Source: an uncultured Gammaproteobacteria bacterium (GTDB taxonomy: Bacteria; Pseudomonadota; Gammaproteobacteria; Arenicellales; Poriferihabitantaceae). Taken from it: a DNA stretch of 64,000 nucleotides. This document shows positions 59,122-64,000 of this stretch, one piece after another (the stretch's first letter is position 1; every line of letters begins with the position of its first letter). Position numbers and translations under genes: made by a program. The stretch spans positions 21,581-85,580 of the forward strand of contig CALKKV010000007.1 of the NCBI GenBank assembly GCA_937992195.1, given 5' to 3'. Under the pieces are notes generated by a model. It was given only the letters and a program-made list of their open reading frames with translations, made no database searches and was not told the DNA's origin.

Positions 59122-60063
59122 ATGAATAAAGAACACGTCGATGCAGGCATTTCAATAGACATAAAGAGCTTGGTTGCAATCGGTGGCCAGACTAGAGTGA
59201 GTCATGCGCAGCTTTTAAAGAATGCGAAAGCGATCTTATCCGGGGCACATATTTCCACGTTTCGAGGCCGAGGAATGGATTTTGCTGAATCTCGTGAATA
59301 CTTGCCGGGAGATGATCGTAGACATATCGATTGGCGAGTTACCGCTAGAACCGGAAAGGCGCATACCAAGCTCTACACAGAGGAAAAGGAGCGGCCGGTG
59401 TTTTTACTGGTGGATTTGAGTCCATCAATGTTTTTTGGAACGCAAGGCGGGTTCAAATCTGTCACCGCTGCTCGATTATCTGCATATCTAGCTTGGTGTA
59501 CGGTAGGTGCTGGTGACCGGGTAGGTGGTGTTATCGGGGTCGACGAACACTTTGTTGATCTTCGACCAACGTCAGGCCGCAGGGGCGCACTGAAAATGAT
59601 TAACGCGCTTTCGTCCGCTACTGAATACGATCCTGATCTTACGTATGGTGGTAATCATATGTTGAATGGTCTCTTGGAGCAGGCTGGGCGCTTGGTTCAT
59701 CCCGGGAGTCAGATTTTTGTGATTAGCGATTTCTACCTTATTGATGAACTCACCCGACGTTTTGTGAGCCGGCTAGTCAAACACAATGATTTAATGTTTT
59801 GTCATATCGTTGACGATCTTGAGGTTGCTCCACCAGAACCTGGTAGTTATCGTTTTACGGATGGTCAGAATAGTCGTTCTGTAGGATTGCGAAATCAAAC
59901 AGGGAGAAAACAATACCAACATATGTTCAATCACAGAGTGAAGATTCTCTCCGAGCTGAGTCGATCTTTTAGTGCTCCAGTGGTTACGATGTCAGCCCAG
60001 GATTCTTTTTCCACTGTGTTTTCTGAAAATGCCCCAAGCAGACTTAATAAAAGTGGCAAATGA
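59122..60063 (+). CDS. DUF58 domain protein (MoxR-associated, degenerate VWA-like)
   Basis: 313 aa. FRGRGMDFAESREYLPGDDRRHIDWRVTARTGKAHTKLYTEEKE is the DUF58 signature block. It follows moxR. Confidence 0.88.
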   Translation: MNKEHVDAGISIDIKSLVAIGGQTRVSHAQLLKNAKAILSGAHISTFRGRGMDFAESREYLPGDDRRHIDWRVTARTGKAHTKLYTEEKERPVFLLVDLSPSMFFGTQGGFKSVTAARLSAYLAWCTVGAGDRVGGVIGVDEHFVDLRPTSGRRGALKMINALSSATEYDPDLTYGGNHMLNGLLEQAGRLVHPGSQIFVISDFYLIDELTRRFVSRLVKHNDLMFCHIVDDLEVAPPEPGSYRFTDGQNSRSVGLRNQTGRKQYQHMFNHRVKILSELSRSFSAPVVTMSAQDSFSTVFSENAPSRLNKSGK

Positions 60064-60578
60064 ACACTTCTTTTGACCCATTAGATAATTTACGCGATAT
60101 ACATCTGCCTGATGATCCCGGGTTCTGGCCGCTAGCGTTTGGCTGGTGGCTTGTTGGTTTTTTATCGTTGCTAGCGCTTGTTTTGCTTTTTTTTGCAATC
60201 AAACGATGGTACCTCAGGAGGGTGCCGTTGAAGGAGTTTAAAAGGCAGATGTTATCGATACCTTTAGATAACTTAGATACTGATAGAGAAAGACAAACGG
60301 CCGTTGCAGCAATGTCTTCTACTGTCAGACAGTTGTGTGTTTATTTGCTTGGCCGGGAAACGGTGGCATCGGTTAGCGGATCAGCACTATTGACACTGTT
60401 AGATAAGCTGAGTGCAAGCACGGCTTTTTCTCTTGGACCGGGAAAGATACTTGCTACCGGTTCCTATGAGCCATCTATAAGAGGAGACCTTGTTGAGCTG
60501 AGGCATGTAGTTTTGGAGCAGTTGACAAAGTGGTCAGTTCTTAGAAACGCAAAAAAGATAACTTCTTATGAACGGTGA
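60060..60578 (+). CDS. DUF4381-like small membrane protein of Bat operons
   Basis: 172 aa. LRDIHLPDDPGFWPLAFGWW is followed by a single TM helix. Its position between the DUF58 and BatA genes is typical. Its start and stop overlap the neighbouring genes. Confidence 0.65.
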   Translation: MNTSFDPLDNLRDIHLPDDPGFWPLAFGWWLVGFLSLLALVLLFFAIKRWYLRRVPLKEFKRQMLSIPLDNLDTDRERQTAVAAMSSTVRQLCVYLLGRETVASVSGSALLTLLDKLSASTAFSLGPGKILATGSYEPSIRGDLVELRHVVLEQLTKWSVLRNAKKITSYER

Positions 60579-61599
60579 GTTCCATTTTGAAGCTGCATGG
60601 GTATTCTTCCTGTTACCGCTGCCTTTTTTTGTTTATCGGTTTCTTCCAAAGGCGCATAGCAGTGCAGCAGCGTTACGGGTTCCCTTCTACGATTCTTTGG
60701 GTGATCTGGATCAAAGTAAAGTTAACGTAAGAACGCCACGATTGTGGTTTATGTTGATATGCTGGGTGCTGCTGCTCATCGCAGCAGCTAGACCGCAATG
60801 GATTGGTGACAATGCTTCTGTTCCGCTTAGTGGGAGAGATCTAATGATGGCTGTAGATATATCAGGCAGCATGAAGGCGAGAGATATGTATGTTAACGGC
60901 ATCCCTGAGAATCGACTGCTCGCGGTTAAACGTGTTGCGGGGGATTTTATAGAAGGCCGTAGAGGAGACCGTATTGGTTTGATTCTTTTTGGAACAAATG
61001 CTTACCTGCAAGCACCCTTAAGTCTTGATCGGGTCACGGTGAATCAATTATTACAAGAATCTGCAATTGGACTGGCTGGGGAAAAAACAGCGATTGGGGA
61101 CGCTATAGGTCTAGCTGTCAAAAGATTAAATGATCGACCCGGGACAGAGAAGGTTTTAGTTTTGTTAACGGACGGGACAAATACCGCAGGTAGCACTGAT
61201 CCGATTGAAGCTGCCAGGCTTGCCGCGATTGCAGGACTCCGCATATATACTATTGGATTTGGTAGTGAAGGTTCTAATCAACGAAGTTTTTTTGGGCAAA
61301 GTTTCTTCAATCGTAGGAATTCTGTTGATATTGCGGTACTGAAAGAGGTGGCTGCAGTCACTGAAGGAAGATTTTTTAGGGCTAAGGATACAGAGACCTT
61401 GAAAGAAATCTATCGAATTATTGATCAGTTTGAACCAGTAGAAGAAGATTTAGATGAGCTTAAGCCAATATTAGAATTGTTCTATATTCCTTTAGGGTTG
61501 GTTTTGTTGCTTACGCTTGGGTTTGCCGGCTTTGCTTTAATGCGGATATTTATTTCATCTAGCCACCAAAGTAATCTATCCAGGAAGGCGACACAATGA
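60568..61599 (+). CDS. batA: VWA domain membrane protein BatA
   Basis: 343 aa. It has two N-terminal TM helices and a VWA domain with MIDAS DISGSM...TAIGDA...LLTDG. A C-terminal TM helix follows. Confidence 0.85.
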   Translation: MNGEFHFEAAWVFFLLPLPFFVYRFLPKAHSSAAALRVPFYDSLGDLDQSKVNVRTPRLWFMLICWVLLLIAAARPQWIGDNASVPLSGRDLMMAVDISGSMKARDMYVNGIPENRLLAVKRVAGDFIEGRRGDRIGLILFGTNAYLQAPLSLDRVTVNQLLQESAIGLAGEKTAIGDAIGLAVKRLNDRPGTEKVLVLLTDGTNTAGSTDPIEAARLAAIAGLRIYTIGFGSEGSNQRSFFGQSFFNRRNSVDIAVLKEVAAVTEGRFFRAKDTETLKEIYRIIDQFEPVEEDLDELKPILELFYIPLGLVLLLTLGFAGFALMRIFISSSHQSNLSRKATQ

Positions 61600-63431
61600 A
61601 CTTTGCTGAGTTTCATTTTTTGAGACCTGTTTGGCTTTTGTTAATACCGTTATGCATAATTCTCTCATACGCGGTTTGGCGGTTGCTCGGTAAGAAGAGC
61701 GCCTGGGGAAAAATTGTATCTTCGAAATTACTCGCGGTTTTGACAACAGACAGAAGACGAGGCAAGAGTTGGCCCGCTTATATTCTGCTTTGCCTTGGCT
61801 GGTTGCTTGCTGTTGTTGCTGTAGCTGGGCCGAGTTGGGAGCGGCTACCGCAACCATTGTATGAACAAAACCAGAGCCGTGTGATTGTTTTCGATTTGTC
61901 GCTTTCAATGAATAGTTCTGATTTGCAACCGAATCGTTTGCAGCAGGCAAAATTTAAGTTGATGGACCTTATCCAAACTGCTGAAAATAAACAGCAGGCT
62001 CTGATTGTGTTTGCAGGGGACGGTTTTATTGTATCGCCATTTACCAATGATGCTGAGACACTGACTAATCTTGTTCCTAGTCTGGATGTCGATACCGTCC
62101 CGGTGCAAGGCAGTCGCGCCGATAAAGGACTGGAGCAGGCGGCTTCAGTGATCGCTAACGCTGACGTTAGCGCTGTGGAAATCGTGCTCATTACTGATGG
62201 TGCAAATGATGACAGTATTCCAATAGCCAAAAAACTCTCGACCCAAGGTCATAGCTTGCAGGTTCTTGGCGTCGGGACATCTGAAGGTGCTCCGGTATTG
62301 CTTCCCAATGGGAGTTTATTAAAGGATGAGAGTGGCAATATCGTGATCCCAACCTTAAATCGCGCGCAACTCAAGGAGCTTGCTTCTGCAGGTGGCGGTT
62401 TCTATGCCGATATGGGGGTTGGGGATCAACAAATTTCAAGATTAAATTCATCCACAGAAAGTTTGCAAGATCGGTTTGCAGACGCCGAGTCAACAGCATT
62501 GTTTGGCGATAGCTGGGTTGATGCTGGTAGCTGGCTGCTACTACCACTCTTGCTGATTTCATGCCTCAGCTTTCGTAAGGGTTGGCTGTTAATCTTGGTG
62601 ATGTTGATAACCCCAGTACAACAGGAAGCTCACGCATTTGAGTGGCAGGACTTGTGGCTAACCGATGATCAACAAGCCGCGCGGGCAATGGCTGATGAAG
62701 GTGAGTTGTCGATTCCTGAAGGTGCTTCTATTGACTGGCAGGCCGCAATGGCTTTCAAAAAACAGCAATTTGACAAAGCAGTCGAATCCTATGAAGCACT
62801 GGTTTCTTCGGAAGATAGCACAGCGACTAATTATTATAACTATGGGAATGCACTTGCGAAATCAAATGCGTTACAAGACGCGCTTGATAGTTACGAGCAG
62901 GCGCTACGTTTAGATCCTGACATGCAGGATGCGATCTATAATCGTGACATAGTGAAAGAGTTGTTAAAACAACAACAACAGCAACAGCAACAGAATAACT
63001 CTGAGTCTGAGAAATCTCAGGATCAGAGCGAAAATCAAGAACAGTCCGACGATCAGCAGGGAGGTCAAGAGCAACAACAGCAGGCAAGCGAATCGTCTTC
63101 TGAGCAGAGTGATGGAGCGACTGAACCTCAGGACGAACAGGGAGAGAGTCAACCGGAGGCAGATCCACAAGATAGTGAAACAAAGAATACGTCGCGGTCT
63201 GAACAAGAATCACTGCAGGAGGATTCACTCTCTGATTCAGATCAACAGCAAGAGCTTGCCGAGTTGCAACAACCAAAAGATACTTTAGATCAGTCTCAAT
63301 CTGAGGAGCAACAGGCGTTGGAGCAGTGGCTAAAGAAGGTGCCTGATGATCCTGGTGGGCTCTTGAAAAGAAAATTTCAACATCAATATCGCCTTCGGGA
63401 ACAACCTGCGCAAGGTGTTTCGTCATGGTAA
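61596..63431 (+). CDS. BatB-BatC-like fusion: TM + VWA domain + TM + TPR repeats + Gln/Glu/Ser-rich acidic tail
   Basis: 611 aa. FHFLRPVWLL, VWA with DLSLSM...LITDG, a central TM pair, and TPR repeats (YNYGNALAKSNALQDALDSYEQALRLDPDMQDAIYNRDI). About 130 aa of Q/E/S/D low complexity follow, then a conserved basic end, KKVPDDPGGLLKRKF. Confidence 0.85.
   Translation: MNFAEFHFLRPVWLLLIPLCIILSYAVWRLLGKKSAWGKIVSSKLLAVLTTDRRRGKSWPAYILLCLGWLLAVVAVAGPSWERLPQPLYEQNQSRVIVFDLSLSMNSSDLQPNRLQQAKFKLMDLIQTAENKQQALIVFAGDGFIVSPFTNDAETLTNLVPSLDVDTVPVQGSRADKGLEQAASVIANADVSAVEIVLITDGANDDSIPIAKKLSTQGHSLQVLGVGTSEGAPVLLPNGSLLKDESGNIVIPTLNRAQLKELASAGGGFYADMGVGDQQISRLNSSTESLQDRFADAESTALFGDSWVDAGSWLLLPLLLISCLSFRKGWLLILVMLITPVQQEAHAFEWQDLWLTDDQQAARAMADEGELSIPEGASIDWQAAMAFKKQQFDKAVESYEALVSSEDSTATNYYNYGNALAKSNALQDALDSYEQALRLDPDMQDAIYNRDIVKELLKQQQQQQQQNNSESEKSQDQSENQEQSDDQQGGQEQQQQASESSSEQSDGATEPQDEQGESQPEADPQDSETKNTSRSEQESLQEDSLSDSDQQQELAELQQPKDTLDQSQSEEQQALEQWLKKVPDDPGGLLKRKFQHQYRLREQPAQGVSSW
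62970..62993 (+). repeat. CAA/CAG trinucleotide tract encoding Q8 inside the BatB/C gene
   Basis: caa caa caa cag caa cag caa cag, read directly. Confidence 0.9.
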
Positions 63432-64000
63432 ATGCAATTTCCATTTTGCTCTTGGGTGTATTGTTTGTATCCTCCATTGCAAGCGCAACAACTACTGCTC
63501 GTTTTAATCGCGATACGATTCGTCAAAATGAGACGGTTGAATTGATTATTGAATCTGATCAACCTTCTATTAAGGAGGGTGCGGAGTTAGATGTTCTTGA
63601 AAAAGACTTCCGTATTATTAGTCGCCGCCGAGATACCAATGTCACTGTAATCAATGGGAAAAGTCAGCTTGTTCATCGTTGGAGAGCGCAGCTCTCTCCC
63701 TTATCCGTAGGATCATTTGGCGTAGGACCGATCAAGGTGGATAGTGAGGAATCGAATCGGCTACGACTAACGGTTTTGCCTGAAGCAGAGCAGCCCGATG
63801 GAGGTGAGGAGGTTTTTATTGAATTAGAAATTGATAAGGAATCTGTGTATGTTCAACAGCAGATCCTGTTAACCGCCAATCTATTTATTTCCGTCCGACT
63901 GATTGATGGCAGCTTAGCTGATCCCAATCCCGCTAATGCCATTGTGCGTCGTCTTGGTAAAGACGTTAGATATGAGGCAATGAGAGGCGGGAGATCTTAT
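63425..64000 (+). CDS. batD: BatD-like protein, N-terminal part (3' end outside the window)
   Basis: My own translation from ATG 63425, which overlaps the batB/C stop, is MVNAISILLLGVLFVSSIASATTTARFNRDTIRQNETVELIIE... The frame stays open to nt 64000. A signal peptide is followed by beta-rich repeats (VYVQQQILLTANLFISV), as in BatD/oxygen tolerance proteins. Confidence 0.75.
   Translation, partial: MVNAISILLLGVLFVSSIASATTTARFNRDTIRQNETVELIIESDQPSIKEGAELDVLEKDFRIISRRRDTNVTVINGKSQLVHRWRAQLSPLSVGSFGVGPIKVDSEESNRLRLTVLPEAEQPDGGEEVFIELEIDKESVYVQQQILLTANLFISVRLIDGSLADPNPANAIVRRLGKDVRYEAMRGGRSY

Noticed and set aside
62827-63477. 216-aa ORF antisense to the BatB/C tail
   Set aside because: It is generated by the CAA/CAG/GAA-rich low-complexity coding sequence on the plus strand. 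The plus-strand frame is continuous with the VWA/TPR domains.
1-64000. CRISPR arrays, rRNA genes, transposases/IS elements, integrases, prophage structural genes, retron-type reverse transcriptases
   Set aside because: None was seen. There are no regularly spaced direct repeats, no rRNA-like sequence, and none of the ORFs shows DDE, tyrosine or serine recombinase motifs or RT motifs.

Overview
The window looks like a chromosomal segment of a gammaproteobacterium. The fdxA-mutS and uvrA-MFS-ssb arrangements resemble Pseudomonadales/Oceanospirillales, and the composition is moderate GC by eye. About two thirds is ordinary core: waaA, pepN, fdxA, mutS, suhB, trmJ, pyk, qor, aceK, sucCD, uvrA, ssb, pdxH, sbcB.

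Four regions stand out.

(1) 12.7-34.8 kb is a C1/oxalate-type block: a TctCBA tripartite tricarboxylate transporter, a GntR/FCD regulator, a ThDP enzyme, a bona fide-looking formyl-CoA transferase (Frc), a stand-alone homologue of the hydrolase domain of 10-formyl-THF dehydrogenase, formate-THF ligase, a tandem USP, a PanE-like reductase coupled to aceK, an FAH-family gene, sucCD and an NAD-type formate dehydrogenase. Near-identical palindromic GntR-type operators sit in front of tctC, in front of the regulator operon, and in the FAH/sucC divergent promoter. This suggests one regulon.

(2) 41-50 kb is an accessory stretch. It holds an orphan periplasmic binding protein next to a HAMP-only membrane stub. 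It also holds a co-directional cluster: XpaC-like, TelA-like, a YdjI-like SPFH protein ending in a GYF_2 domain, and a double zinc-ribbon membrane protein. This is a candidate envelope-stress or defence module of unknown mechanism.

(3) 52.6-56.2 kb is a visibly AT-richer islet at the 3' end of tRNA-Ser(GGA). It contains a secreted Gly/Tyr/His/Arg-rich low-complexity protein, about 0.8 kb of apparently decayed sequence, a DUF4393/Abi_alpha-like protein with a long disordered N-terminus, and an unknown polytopic membrane protein.

(4) 58-64 kb is a MoxR-DUF58-DUF4381-BatA-BatB/C-BatD (Bat/aerotolerance-type) operon with a BatB-BatC fusion and a poly-Q/acidic tail.

I saw no rRNA, CRISPR array, transposase or integrase. 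All family assignments come from reading the translated ORFs and recalled family motifs. No database search was run.
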